From an uncultured Candidatus Saccharibacteria bacterium (GTDB lineage: Bacteria; Patescibacteriota; Dojkabacteria; B142; JAFGMG01), in the NCBI GenBank assembly GCA_964444125.1, contig CAYUFB010000001.1, positions 26,053 to 90,052 on the forward strand: a stretch of DNA of 64,000 nt. The letters are read 5' to 3'. The notes beneath the pieces are model-generated. The model was not told the origin of the DNA. It did no database searches and saw nothing but the letters and a program-made list of their open reading frames with translations. Positions 9,177 through 19,315 of the stretch are shown here, piece after piece; within the stretch, counting starts at the first letter, position 1, and the number at the start of each line of letters is the position of its first letter. Both the position numbers and the translations under genes were made by a program.

Positions 9177-11123
9177 ATGGGATTATTTAGCAAAAAGAAA
9201 AAACAGCAAGCTGGCAATATTGTACAAAAACAACAAAGTCAAGCAAGTAGTATGCAGGCTGAAGACAAGGCGGTCAAGGAGTTTGCTTCAGGGTTAATTA
9301 GTCCCAAAGACATCATTGCTCCTTCTGCAATCGAGGTTGATTTCAATCATCTTCTAGTTGGTTCTAAATATTTTAGAACTTATTTTGTAACTGGTTATCC
9401 AAGATTTGTGGGAGCGAACTGGTTATCTCCACTTATCAATTTTGATCATCCAATAGATATATCTACCTATTATTATCCCGTAGATACTGGTCTTGTCATG
9501 GAAAGGATAAAAAGGAAGATTGGTGAGTTTGAAGCGACAATAAATCTGGCATTAGATGAAGGCAAAATCCCAGATCCAAATGTCAAAGTCGCATTAGCAG
9601 ATGCAAGGGAACTGCAGGATCAATTAGCAAGCGGTACTGAGAAATATTTTCATTTTGCCTTGTATATTACTATTAGAGCCGAATCACTTAAACAGCTTGA
9701 AAAAATTTCTAGAAAAATTGAATCAACTTTGGCCTCTATTGGCGTTATAATCAAAATGGCAACTTTGCAACAGGAAGAAGGCTTTAGAACTACTATGCCA
9801 ATAGCTCATGATGAAATCTATATTACTAGGAATATGGATACGACTTCACTCGCTACGACTTTTCCTTTTGTAAGCTCTGAGCTTACTATGGATGATGGAA
9901 TTCTATATGGCCTAAACAAACACAATAGTAGTTTGGTTATTTTTGATAGATTTCAACTCGCAAATGCAAATATGGTCGTATTTGCAACGTCTGGAGCGGG
10001 CAAAAGTTATTTTGTGAAACTTGAGGCGATGCGAAGTCTTATGTTTGGTACAGAAATTATTGTGATTGATCCTGAAAAAGAATACGAAAAACTCTGCAAA
10101 ACAATTGGTGGCGAATATATATCGTTTTCTCAAGATGGAGATCAAAAACTTAATCCTTTTGAACTTTCTGGGGTATATTTGAAAGACGAGGATGAATTAA
10201 GATTTAAGATTCTGGCACTAAATGGTCTACTAAAAATTATGCTTGGGACTAAGCTCTCACCAGAACAAAGTGCAATATTAGATAGAGCTATTATTCTATG
10301 TTATAAAGAAAAAGGAATTACACCAGATCCTTCTACACAAAGAAATCAACCTCCATTACTTTCTGATCTGTACAAAATCTTGCAAGCTATGGCAGAACCT
10401 GATGCACATCTATTAGCAACTAGGCTAGAGAAGTATGTAAAAGGTAGTGCTGCTGGAATTTTTGATAGGCCATCAAATATTCAAATCAAAAATACGTTTA
10501 CAGTATTTTCTATTCGAGATCTTTCAGATGATTTGAGACCTATAGCTATGTATATGATGCTTGATTATATTTGGACGAGAATCAAAAGAGACCGCAAGAA
10601 AAGAATATTGGTTATTGATGAAGCTTGGTGGATGATGCAACATGAAGACGCAGCCCGTTTCATTCATTCTATTGCTAAAAGATCAAGGAAATATGCACTA
10701 GGGCTTACAACTATCACACAAGACGTTGAAGATTTCTTAAACACTGATTATGGCAAAGCAGTTGTGACAAACTCTGCTTTGCAGGTTTTGCTGAAACAAA
10801 GTCCAGTTGCAATTGATAAAATTCAAAATATTTTTTATCTAACTTCGGGAGAAAAAAATTACTTACTTTCAGCAGGAATTGGGGAAGGTCTGTTTTTTGC
10901 AGGATCAAATCATGTAGCTATTCAAGTTATTGCAAGTGAAAATGAACATAATCTAATTACAACAAATCCGCTTGAATTGATTGAACGGCAGAAAAAAGAG
11001 GAGGAAGCTTTGAAAATCCAAGAGGAAGAGAAGTTAAAGGCGCAAAGAGAAGGGGCTGAACAATCAGTAGATGAGACTCAAGCTGGTCAAAATACTGTAG
11101 ATGTCACAGATGGGGTGGTTTAA
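9177..11123 (+). CDS. VirB4/TraC-like ATPase
   Basis: Walker A ATSGAGKS, IDPEKEY, Walker B VIDEAW, RKY, TQDVEDF. Confidence 0.93.
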   Translation: MGLFSKKKKQQAGNIVQKQQSQASSMQAEDKAVKEFASGLISPKDIIAPSAIEVDFNHLLVGSKYFRTYFVTGYPRFVGANWLSPLINFDHPIDISTYYYPVDTGLVMERIKRKIGEFEATINLALDEGKIPDPNVKVALADARELQDQLASGTEKYFHFALYITIRAESLKQLEKISRKIESTLASIGVIIKMATLQQEEGFRTTMPIAHDEIYITRNMDTTSLATTFPFVSSELTMDDGILYGLNKHNSSLVIFDRFQLANANMVVFATSGAGKSYFVKLEAMRSLMFGTEIIVIDPEKEYEKLCKTIGGEYISFSQDGDQKLNPFELSGVYLKDEDELRFKILALNGLLKIMLGTKLSPEQSAILDRAIILCYKEKGITPDPSTQRNQPPLLSDLYKILQAMAEPDAHLLATRLEKYVKGSAAGIFDRPSNIQIKNTFTVFSIRDLSDDLRPIAMYMMLDYIWTRIKRDRKKRILVIDEAWWMMQHEDAARFIHSIAKRSRKYALGLTTITQDVEDFLNTDYGKAVVTNSALQVLLKQSPVAIDKIQNIFYLTSGEKNYLLSAGIGEGLFFAGSNHVAIQVIASENEHNLITTNPLELIERQKKEEEALKIQEEEKLKAQREGAEQSVDETQAGQNTVDVTDGVV

Positions 11124-11146
11124 ATCAAATATTAGTAATAATACTG

Positions 11147-11746
11147 ATGCTTAATTTCTTAAAAACAGAATATACAATCAACGTGTTTGGCTGGATCATG
11201 CTTGTTGGAGCTTTTGTGTTTTTGGTTCTTGCTTTTACAAGTTTCAATCATTGGAGGCATAAAATGTTAGAACGAAGGATGGAATCTGCCCAACAGAAGA
11301 CTGGATTTCTGGGCAAACCACTTATGCAATTTATAGTAATTATGCTTATGGTGGGATCAATTGCTACAGGTGTTTATTTGCAATATCAAAAAGATAGTAG
11401 CCCAGCGATTTCTGAGGCAACGAGGAAATACCAATTGTCGCTTGATTATAAAAGTAATTTTGTTTCTAGTACACAAAGAATGTTGGAAATTGAAGTAACC
11501 CCGTCTGTTGCAGATCAAAAATGGGGGCAAGATGGAGATCAGTTTGATATTTTTATCAATATAATACCAAATGACGAGAAGACAAGAAACTTACAAAAAC
11601 AAGTTGATTTTTTTGAATTAAATAAATCAGCTTCGAGTTTGAGCAAGGTTACGGCAACTATTCAACCCGGTAATTACAAAATTAAAGTAGTTATCAAACA
11701 TAATAACACTACATTTGGTAATGATTATGAGGTTCAAATTCCATAA
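11147..11746 (+). CDS. Hypothetical membrane protein (2 TM plus C-terminal beta domain)
   Basis: 199 aa ORF with two hydrophobic segments. Confidence 0.75.
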   Translation: MLNFLKTEYTINVFGWIMLVGAFVFLVLAFTSFNHWRHKMLERRMESAQQKTGFLGKPLMQFIVIMLMVGSIATGVYLQYQKDSSPAISEATRKYQLSLDYKSNFVSSTQRMLEIEVTPSVADQKWGQDGDQFDIFINIIPNDEKTRNLQKQVDFFELNKSASSLSKVTATIQPGNYKIKVVIKHNNTTFGNDYEVQIP

Positions 11747-11750
11747 AATA

Positions 11751-11759
11751 TGCTATAAT
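11751..11759 (+). promoter_or_regulatory. Extended -10 promoter of rnpB
   Basis: TGcTATAAT about 6 nt upstream of the RNase P P1 helix. Confidence 0.8.
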
Positions 11760-11764
11760 GTCAT

Positions 11765-12114
11765 ACCAATCTAGACAATCGCGGTAAGAGAGACCTAGGT
11801 CTTTATTGCTGAGGAAAGTCCGGACATCGAGATCTTGTCTTACAAGATCAAAATAGTACCTTAGAGCGTCAAATAATTGACGTATATAAGGCAGGGAGTG
11901 ATCTCTGGAATAGGGCCACAGAAAAATACCGCCTTGGATTTATTTCGAGGTAAGGTTGAAAAGGTGAGGTAAGAGCTCACCGGCTTGATAAGCAATTATC
12001 AAGTGCTAGGTAACCTCTACTAGATGCAACCAAGCAAAATTTTGGGCAATAGATAAATGATTGTCGCTTAATTTCTTAAGAAATTTAAGCACAGAATCCG
12101 GCTTATTGATTGGT
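11765..12114 (+). ncRNA. rnpB: RNase P RNA
   Basis: GAGGAAAGTCCGG, GGGCCACAGAAA, GGTAAG, AGATAAATGATTGTC, ACAGAATCCGGCTTA; terminal ACCAATC/GATTGGT helix. Confidence 0.96.
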
Positions 12115-12803
12115 TATCTTCTTCTGTCATTTAGTCCATCTATCTTGAGTATGAAATATAGAAGTGAACTAAATGAACTTATTAATCCTGCAAGATAAGT
12201 TAATGATGCTGCGATTAAAACTTTTTTGGCTCCTGTCATTTCTGTCGGATCGAGTAGGTTATTTTTTCGAATTAAATGCAACGCTTTTTTACTTGCATCA
12301 ATCTCAAGCGGCAGGGTCAGTAAACTAAAAAGTGTTGAACCAGAAAAAAGAATTACACCCAGCCAGCCAAGATTAATACTTGAAATAAGTAGTGCAATAA
12401 TAATTAGAAAGTATCCAATATTTGTACCAATATTTACAACAGGAACGATAATACTCCTGGACTTAAATAATAAACTTCCTTGCTTATGTTGTACTGCATG
12501 TCCAACTTCATGGGCTGCAATAGCTATTGAACTGATTGTTGGGGTATTGGCAATTTGATGCGATAAGGTCAGTACACGATTGGTTGGATTATAATTGTCA
12601 CCAAGATGTGTACTTGTGCTTGCAAGTGAAATGGGTAGATTCTGGTCTTGTGCTAGGATTTTGACTGCGTCAAGCCCAGTAAGGTTTTTGGATGTGACAA
12701 TGTTTAAATATTTTGAACTGTAATATTTCACCAATAATGATGCTAGTATTGATAATAGAAGTGCCGGCAGTGCAAATAGTAAGTATCCTGAATCTATATA
12801 CAT
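12114..12803 (-). CDS. YugP-family membrane zinc metallopeptidase
   Basis: DNYNP, AAHEVGHAVQH, TLPLEIDAS, AASLTY. Confidence 0.92.
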   Translation of the reverse strand: MYIDSGYLLFALPALLLSILASLLVKYYSSKYLNIVTSKNLTGLDAVKILAQDQNLPISLASTSTHLGDNYNPTNRVLTLSHQIANTPTISSIAIAAHEVGHAVQHKQGSLLFKSRSIIVPVVNIGTNIGYFLIIIALLISSINLGWLGVILFSGSTLFSLLTLPLEIDASKKALHLIRKNNLLDPTEMTGAKKVLIAASLTYLAGLISSFSSLLYFILKIDGLNDRRR

Positions 12804-13406
12804 TTTGAAAAAATAATGAATAATATTTATCTATGACAACATATTATACTAGAAGATCTGCATTCTCTTCAAATAATTAGAGTATAAGCATATTGAACAA
12901 TATGTTTGGGGAATATTTAACTGTTTTGTTTATGAGTGTGCTGAGATGCAGATGATATACAAATGATTTGGATTTAGAGAACCCTTGTTGGGTAGGTCCT
13001 TATGAGGGGAGATCGTAACATCGTTCAATATTGCATATCCTTTATGTAACACTCGGCTCATTTAGAATCAGAAAATAGATAAATATGTCTAGTTATTTAT
13101 ATTTTCACTATCTTGTAAGCCCCCGTCTTTCAAGAATATCCAGTTTCATGAAGTTTCTATTTTTTCTTTATCATTGTGCCTCTTTTGGGGGCAGTAAATG
13201 TGTTTCTGGATAGCTCTAGTCAAATTGGGATTGATGAATATGGTGCAACTTCTTGTAACGATATTATTTAGAAAGTAAGTGTTTGAGAAAGTTGAACAAG
13301 CGTCTGGAAGTCTCTATGTGTAAGCTTATTGTACATTTAGCTTTGTGTTTTGAGTAATTCGTTTAATTTTCGATAATAATTTGAAGAAATGTTACGAATC
13401 AAGGAT

Positions 13407-16343
13407 TTATCTTCCATGACATTTTTTGAACTTTTTGCCACTTCCACACCAGCAAGGATCATTCCTACCGAGTTTTGTTTTGGCTGATGATACAAAGGTT
13501 TTCTCTTTTTCATTTTTTGATGTAGCTTGTTTCGCATCCATTACATTTGAAATTGATTGAAGCATCTCTCTCGTGCCTTCAAGTATATCTGATATTTCAC
13601 TATCGTTAGTTCTCATTCTGATCGTTGGTTGAGATTGAGTACTAAGTTTCTTTGTTACTTTAAGAATTCTTCTATTTATTTGAGAATTAATACCGTTGAT
13701 AAATATTTCAAATTGGTTGAAGCCTTCATTTTTGTATTCAACAAGCGGATCCCTTTGGGCGTATCCTCTAAGTCCAATTCCCTCCCTTAAATCCTCCATA
13801 GTTTCAAGATGTGAGGTCCATAAATTATCCATTGTCTCAAGGCTTACAATTTTGACAACTTCATAATAGTCTAGCCCTAATTCTTCTTGTTGTATTTTGT
13901 GAACTTCTCTAATGATATTGCTCAAATACTCAATAATGTATTCTTTTGGTTTATCTTTTAGTTCATCATATATGTGTAAAGTTATCTGATTGCTTTTCTG
14001 ATCTTTGCCTTTACGCAAATTTTCGATGGCTTTTGTGATTAAAGTATCCGGTGCAAGATCTAAAAAGTTTTCGATTAGTTTCTTCAGATCTATTTTGTCA
14101 TCTCGATCATCAAAGAAATGATTAGCAACGATTGTCTCTACCTCTTCTATTAATTGATCTTGAATTAGTTGTCTAATATCTTCTTGTGCATTCTGGACGG
14201 TTATATCAGATAGATCCTTTTTGGATAATGCCGGGTAATTAAGAAAATATCCTAATGAATTTTCAGTTTTTTCTAAAATTGATCTTCTCCTGACATAATA
14301 GATTTCTCTTTGTTGATTCATGACGTCATCGTATTCAACAACTCTCTTTCTGGAATCAAAATGCATGTTTTCCATTTTCTTTTGAGCAGTTTCAATTGAA
14401 CGTCCGATAAGTCCTGCTTCAATTGGCATATCATCGGGGATATTTGTCATTTCCATTATCTTTTGGACTATCTGACCTCCTTGAATTCGCATGATGTCAT
14501 CATCAAGGGAGATAAAGAAACGGCTTCGTCCAGGATCTCCTTGTCGACCTGAACGTCCTCTAAGCTGATTGTCTATACGTCTAGATTCATGTCTTTGTGT
14601 ACCTAAAACGTATAGTCCTCCAACTTTTGTTACTCCGTTTTCAAGTGGAATATCGGTACCACGGCCTGCCATGTTTGTAGCAATGGTTACAGCCCCTTTT
14701 CTTCCAGCTTTTGAAACTATCATGGCCTCTTTTTCGTGATGTTTTGCATTCAATACTTCATGTTCGATTCCCATTTTATCAACTAATTTGCTTATATATT
14801 CTGAATCTTCAATTGAGGTGGTACCTACAAGAATTGGTTGCCCAGTCGCGTGAGCTTCTTTGATTTCCTTTGCAACAGCATCAAACTTTGCTTTTCTATT
14901 TTTGTAGACCCTATCATTTTCATCTTTTCGAATAACTGGCTTGTTTGTTGGTATTTCGACAGAATCCAGTTTATATATCCTAAAAAATTCTTCTGCTTCT
15001 GTCATGATTGTTCCAGAACCTCCGGAAATAATTTTGTACAATCTAAAGAAGTTTTGGAAAGTGATTGTTGCTAATGTCTTGGATTCTTTTTTGATCTCTA
15101 CGCCCTCTTTCGCTTCTATTGCTTGGTGCAATCCTTCGGAATATCTTCTGCCTGAAAGGACTCTACCTGTAAACTGATCGACAATGAGTACTTCCCCATC
15201 TCGAACAAGATAATCTATATCTTTTTTAAACAGACTTTGTGCCTTAAGAGCATTTTCAAGATGATGAGCAAGTTGATAGTCTTCCCAGATGTTTTTGACA
15301 TTTAAGAATTTTTCCATCTTTTCAATGCCAATTTCAGTTAATACTGCTGATCTGGCTTTCTCGTCAACTGTATAGTCTTCTTCTATCTTGAGCCTTTTTA
15401 CGATACCTGCAAATTTCTGATACAACTCATTTGATATTTCTGCAGGAGCAGAAATAATCAATGGAGTTCTGGCTTCGTCAATTAAGATAGAATCGGCTTC
15501 GTCAATAATACAAAAATATAACTCGCTTTGTTTGATCGAACCTAAATCCCTGGCCATATTATCTCTCAAATAATCAAATCCAAATTCATTGTTGGTACCA
15601 TAAACAATATCAGATGCGTATGATTCCTTTTTGTCGCATTCAATTAGGTTGTATCCTCGCATATTGGATATCTTAAGTCCGCCATTTGTCTTATAATGTT
15701 CTTGAGCTTCTTTGTAGACATCTTCTCCTTTTAGTTTTTCTACCATTTCGTCTGGTATGAATCTGTAACTTGATTCAGGGGTAATCACGCCAACAGTTAA
15801 TCCAAGTTCATGGGCAATATGTCCGGCATATTCGCCACCAACTCTAGCAAGATAATCATTGACAGTCACTACGTGTGAGCCTCTACCGGCAAGGGCATAA
15901 AGAAAAGCCGGAAGTTGAAAAACCATTGTTTTTCCTTCTCCAGTTTTAAGTTCAGTAAGTTTGTGACCTTGAGAGAGGATAATACCTGCGATGTACTGTA
16001 CATCGAAGTATGATATGCCCACTTTTCTTTTATAGACTTCGTTGATAAGTGGGAAAAATTCTGGGATTAAGTTATAAAGCTCATTTTTTAGATCGTTTTC
16101 TTTTTTTTGATATTTTTGTGATGTTTCAGATTGAGTTTGCAGAGAGGATCTTGCCTCATCGGGTATTGCATCGACAAATTTTTCTAGTGAACGCTTTATA
16201 TCTTGAACTTTTTCGACAATCTGTTTGTCATTTAGTTTAGATGCACTTATCTCTTTTTCTTTTATTAATTTAAGAATAGGCTGTACGTTTTTTATGGCTT
16301 TTTCATTTGAGTCAAAAAAGCTACCGAATAATTTTTTGAACAT
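13407..16343 (-). CDS. secA: Preprotein translocase SecA
   Basis: KTGEGKT, VTVNDYLA, IDEADSILIDEARTPL, NQLRGRSGRQGDPG, C-terminal CWCGSGKKFKKCH. Confidence 0.99.
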   Translation of the reverse strand: MFKKLFGSFFDSNEKAIKNVQPILKLIKEKEISASKLNDKQIVEKVQDIKRSLEKFVDAIPDEARSSLQTQSETSQKYQKKENDLKNELYNLIPEFFPLINEVYKRKVGISYFDVQYIAGIILSQGHKLTELKTGEGKTMVFQLPAFLYALAGRGSHVVTVNDYLARVGGEYAGHIAHELGLTVGVITPESSYRFIPDEMVEKLKGEDVYKEAQEHYKTNGGLKISNMRGYNLIECDKKESYASDIVYGTNNEFGFDYLRDNMARDLGSIKQSELYFCIIDEADSILIDEARTPLIISAPAEISNELYQKFAGIVKRLKIEEDYTVDEKARSAVLTEIGIEKMEKFLNVKNIWEDYQLAHHLENALKAQSLFKKDIDYLVRDGEVLIVDQFTGRVLSGRRYSEGLHQAIEAKEGVEIKKESKTLATITFQNFFRLYKIISGGSGTIMTEAEEFFRIYKLDSVEIPTNKPVIRKDENDRVYKNRKAKFDAVAKEIKEAHATGQPILVGTTSIEDSEYISKLVDKMGIEHEVLNAKHHEKEAMIVSKAGRKGAVTIATNMAGRGTDIPLENGVTKVGGLYVLGTQRHESRRIDNQLRGRSGRQGDPGRSRFFISLDDDIMRIQGGQIVQKIMEMTNIPDDMPIEAGLIGRSIETAQKKMENMHFDSRKRVVEYDDVMNQQREIYYVRRRSILEKTENSLGYFLNYPALSKKDLSDITVQNAQEDIRQLIQDQLIEEVETIVANHFFDDRDDKIDLKKLIENFLDLAPDTLITKAIENLRKGKDQKSNQITLHIYDELKDKPKEYIIEYLSNIIREVHKIQQEELGLDYYEVVKIVSLETMDNLWTSHLETMEDLREGIGLRGYAQRDPLVEYKNEGFNQFEIFINGINSQINRRILKVTKKLSTQSQPTIRMRTNDSEISDILEGTREMLQSISNVMDAKQATSKNEKEKTFVSSAKTKLGRNDPCWCGSGKKFKKCHGR

Positions 16344-16479
16344 ATTTGTAAATTTTAATTATCTTAACTCGTGAAGTTTATCACAATCTAACTACTATCT
16401 AAAAATAAATTTGGGCTATATTGATTTTTAGTGATATTTTCTTGAAAAATGGCCAATTAGTCTGTAGACTGACCCTAAC

Positions 16480-17865
16480 ATGAGACAATATTTCTTGCCG
16501 ACAGAACAAAACGGTTTTACTCCAAAATTATTAAGTAGAGGAGTGATAACTACTTACACTTTGATATTACTAGTGTTTAATATCCTTTCTGCGAATGTCT
16601 CAGTACTTAGAGTTCATGCTGCTGTCGATACTGTAAGTATTTTGAATTTACATAATGAAGCAAGAGCCAAGCAGGGGTTAGAAAACTTACGATTAAATTC
16701 GAGACTTAATAAATCAGCTCAGCTAAAAGCTCAAGCTATGCTTGAGACGGATTGTTGGGACCATTATTGTCCAAATGGCAAATCTCCGTGGGATTTTTTT
16801 GATGAAGCTGGTTATAATTATATTTATGCTGGGGAGAATTTAGCTGAAGGCTTTGAAGATAACAAAACCGTCTTTGAGGCTTGGATGAATAGCAAAACAC
16901 ATAGGGACAATATACTTCGTGGTGAGTTTAGGGAAGTCGGTATTGGGATTGTCTATGGAAGATTCCAAGGAATTCAAAACAATGCCATAATTGTAGTACA
17001 TTTTGGGACAAGGCCTGGAGCTGGTACTATTGTAGGCGAAAATGATATTTCAAACGGTTCTTCGCAGAGTGGTACACAAATCACTTGTCCTGAAGATGAC
17101 CAAATCTTGAACAAGAATACTTTTGTAATCGAAGGTAAATCAGAAGATGGAAGGATAATAGTTTCAGACAACAATAAAGATATCGGAGAATCAATTTCCG
17201 AATATGGATTATTTACATTCCGGATAAACAAAGAAAATGCGTTGGTTGATGGGGATCACGTTCTTGGCGTCAAGAACACAAATACCGGATCTTCTGATGC
17301 AGTAAGTGTGGTTGTAGACACAATCCCACCAGTTATCAAAGAATTGACGCTGCATTCGATTTCAAAGAACGAAACTGATATCGCAGTATTACAGGTCAAA
17401 ACTGATGATGATGCAGTTAGGCTTGAATCGTCCTTATCAGACTTGGCCCTAATTGAAATAGCAGATAATACTTGGGAATTAGAAGTTCCTATTAGCGATG
17501 TCTACAAAAATAAAGAAATAATCATCACAGCTTATGATAAAGCAGGTAACAGTGGTAGTGAAGAATTCAATCTGAGTGATATCAAAGGAGAGATTACAAA
17601 TGAAGCACAGAGGTTATTGCCTGTTGGTATGGATATACCATTATACATGCAACTTGGAATCAGACGATTGATAAACGTTGCGTTTATAGTGCTTCTATTG
17701 ATATTACTAATAATCGACTATATTGCACTTGTGCACTACAATTTGCCTGACGCATTTATAAGGACCAAAACCAATTATCATATATCAATTTTTGTAATTC
17801 TCTTGTTGATTTCTATAGCGGGTGGATCCGCTGGAGAACTACTTGAGGGTGCTGCCCAATCATGA
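16480..17865 (+). CDS. CAP/SCP domain surface protein with Ig-like domain and C-terminal TMs
   Basis: HNEAR, CWDH, AGENLA, WMNSKTHRDNIL; VVDTIPP, DKAGN. Confidence 0.88.
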   Translation: MRQYFLPTEQNGFTPKLLSRGVITTYTLILLVFNILSANVSVLRVHAAVDTVSILNLHNEARAKQGLENLRLNSRLNKSAQLKAQAMLETDCWDHYCPNGKSPWDFFDEAGYNYIYAGENLAEGFEDNKTVFEAWMNSKTHRDNILRGEFREVGIGIVYGRFQGIQNNAIIVVHFGTRPGAGTIVGENDISNGSSQSGTQITCPEDDQILNKNTFVIEGKSEDGRIIVSDNNKDIGESISEYGLFTFRINKENALVDGDHVLGVKNTNTGSSDAVSVVVDTIPPVIKELTLHSISKNETDIAVLQVKTDDDAVRLESSLSDLALIEIADNTWELEVPISDVYKNKEIIITAYDKAGNSGSEEFNLSDIKGEITNEAQRLLPVGMDIPLYMQLGIRRLINVAFIVLLLILLIIDYIALVHYNLPDAFIRTKTNYHISIFVILLLISIAGGSAGELLEGAAQS

Positions 17866-18671
17866 TTTTAGGTCAAAACAAAAAACCTATTCTATACTCA
17901 TTTATCCTTATATTGGGGTTTTATTTCGTTCTAGTATCAAGAGATTATTCTGTTGGTGAATTCATTGCCGCAATTGCTATCAATATAGTTTTGTTGATAC
18001 TGATGATAGCCAATATCTGGAAGTCTGCTTCCAATAAATTGACACAATTGGGGTTGCCAAAGGTAAATAACTACCCAGGCAAACTAAGTGCTATATATCA
18101 TATCGTTTTTCCATTATTGATATTTATTGATTTCTGTTTGTTGATTTACTTTAATTCATTTCCTTTATTTAGGCCGATTTTATTGATATTGGTTTTTATT
18201 ACTTATTTTTTTGTATTTGTAAATATTCGAGCGTATTACGAGGATAAGTTTAAGTTGGAATTATCTACACATTTCATTTATACCTTGATAATTCTAATAT
18301 CAAGTTTTGCTCTTGCCAATGCTGTATTAAGTATTTCAAATCTATACTCATTTGGGAGTCTTCTCTCATTATTATTATTGTTTATAGTCAATATGTGCTT
18401 GATTATTAGTGCTTTTTTGCATTATTGGGATATTGGTATCAAGATGGTTGTTGTATATCTAGTTTTCGCACTTATTCTTGCTACTGTTACTATTCTTTTG
18501 TTCATTGAGTTTGATTCAACCCTTAGAAGTTCATTCATTCAATCAATATTGATGTATTTTGTATTTGCTATTCTGCAGCACAAGTTTGAGGGAAGTCTCT
18601 CTTTGGGAATAGTATTTGAATATGTTATCATTGCGTTATTGGGGTTTGTATTATTATACGGAGCGGGATAA
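17862..18671 (+). CDS. Polytopic membrane protein
   Basis: About 9 hydrophobic segments; ATGA overlap with the upstream gene. Confidence 0.8.
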   Translation: MILGQNKKPILYSFILILGFYFVLVSRDYSVGEFIAAIAINIVLLILMIANIWKSASNKLTQLGLPKVNNYPGKLSAIYHIVFPLLIFIDFCLLIYFNSFPLFRPILLILVFITYFFVFVNIRAYYEDKFKLELSTHFIYTLIILISSFALANAVLSISNLYSFGSLLSLLLLFIVNMCLIISAFLHYWDIGIKMVVVYLVFALILATVTILLFIEFDSTLRSSFIQSILMYFVFAILQHKFEGSLSLGIVFEYVIIALLGFVLLYGAG

Positions 18672-18677
18672 AAACTC

Positions 18678-19301
18678 ATGGAAAAAAAATTCAAACGAAT
18701 AATCAAAAAGAATCATAGACTTTTTCTTTGTATATTGCCTGATAAGCCAATTAGGGATTATGCACGTGATGTCCAAAGAACTATTTCCAGATATTCTTAT
18801 AAACTTGAACTTATTAATTTGGAGCAGATCCACCTTACTCTGAAATTTTTGGGTAATAACGTCACAGATAGTTCTAGAGATCTCTTGATTGAGACACTTG
18901 ATGAGAATGCGAAGTATTTGCCAAGGGTCGAATTTGAAACTGACAAGGTAGATTTTGGATTTTTCACTCAAAACAAACCAAACGTAGTCTATATATCTCT
19001 CAAAGAATCTCCTAGCTTAGAAAAAATAGTTAACGGATTGCAATTGATCGTAAAAAGTTTGGATAGGGATGACATGATAAAAAAGAAAGATTTTGCGAAG
19101 TTCCTCTCGCATATCACAGTTGCTAGAGTCAAGACTGATATTAGCAAAAGTACAATTCACGATATAAATCAGAAAATTGTCGAATTCCCTACAAGAAATG
19201 AAAAGATGGTTGTGAAAAGGATAGCACTTATTGAAAGTGTCCTGACAAAAAAAGGCCCTGTATACAAAATAATTAAATATTTTGATTTACAGGGCCAATA
19301 A
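18678..19301 (+). CDS. thpR: RNA 2',3'-cyclic phosphodiesterase (2H family)
   Basis: HLTL and HITV motifs, ESVL..KGPVY. Confidence 0.9.
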   Translation: MEKKFKRIIKKNHRLFLCILPDKPIRDYARDVQRTISRYSYKLELINLEQIHLTLKFLGNNVTDSSRDLLIETLDENAKYLPRVEFETDKVDFGFFTQNKPNVVYISLKESPSLEKIVNGLQLIVKSLDRDDMIKKKDFAKFLSHITVARVKTDISKSTIHDINQKIVEFPTRNEKMVVKRIALIESVLTKKGPVYKIIKYFDLQGQ

Positions 19302-19315
19302 ATCTAAAGCTTAGA

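Noticed and set aside
7658-11123. Integrative conjugative element or prophage
   Set aside because: No integrase, relaxase, att sites or obvious compositional shift; embedded among core genes
13407-16343. Intein in the long SecA
   Set aside because: Insertions are short and lack Cys/Ser...His-Asn splice junctions
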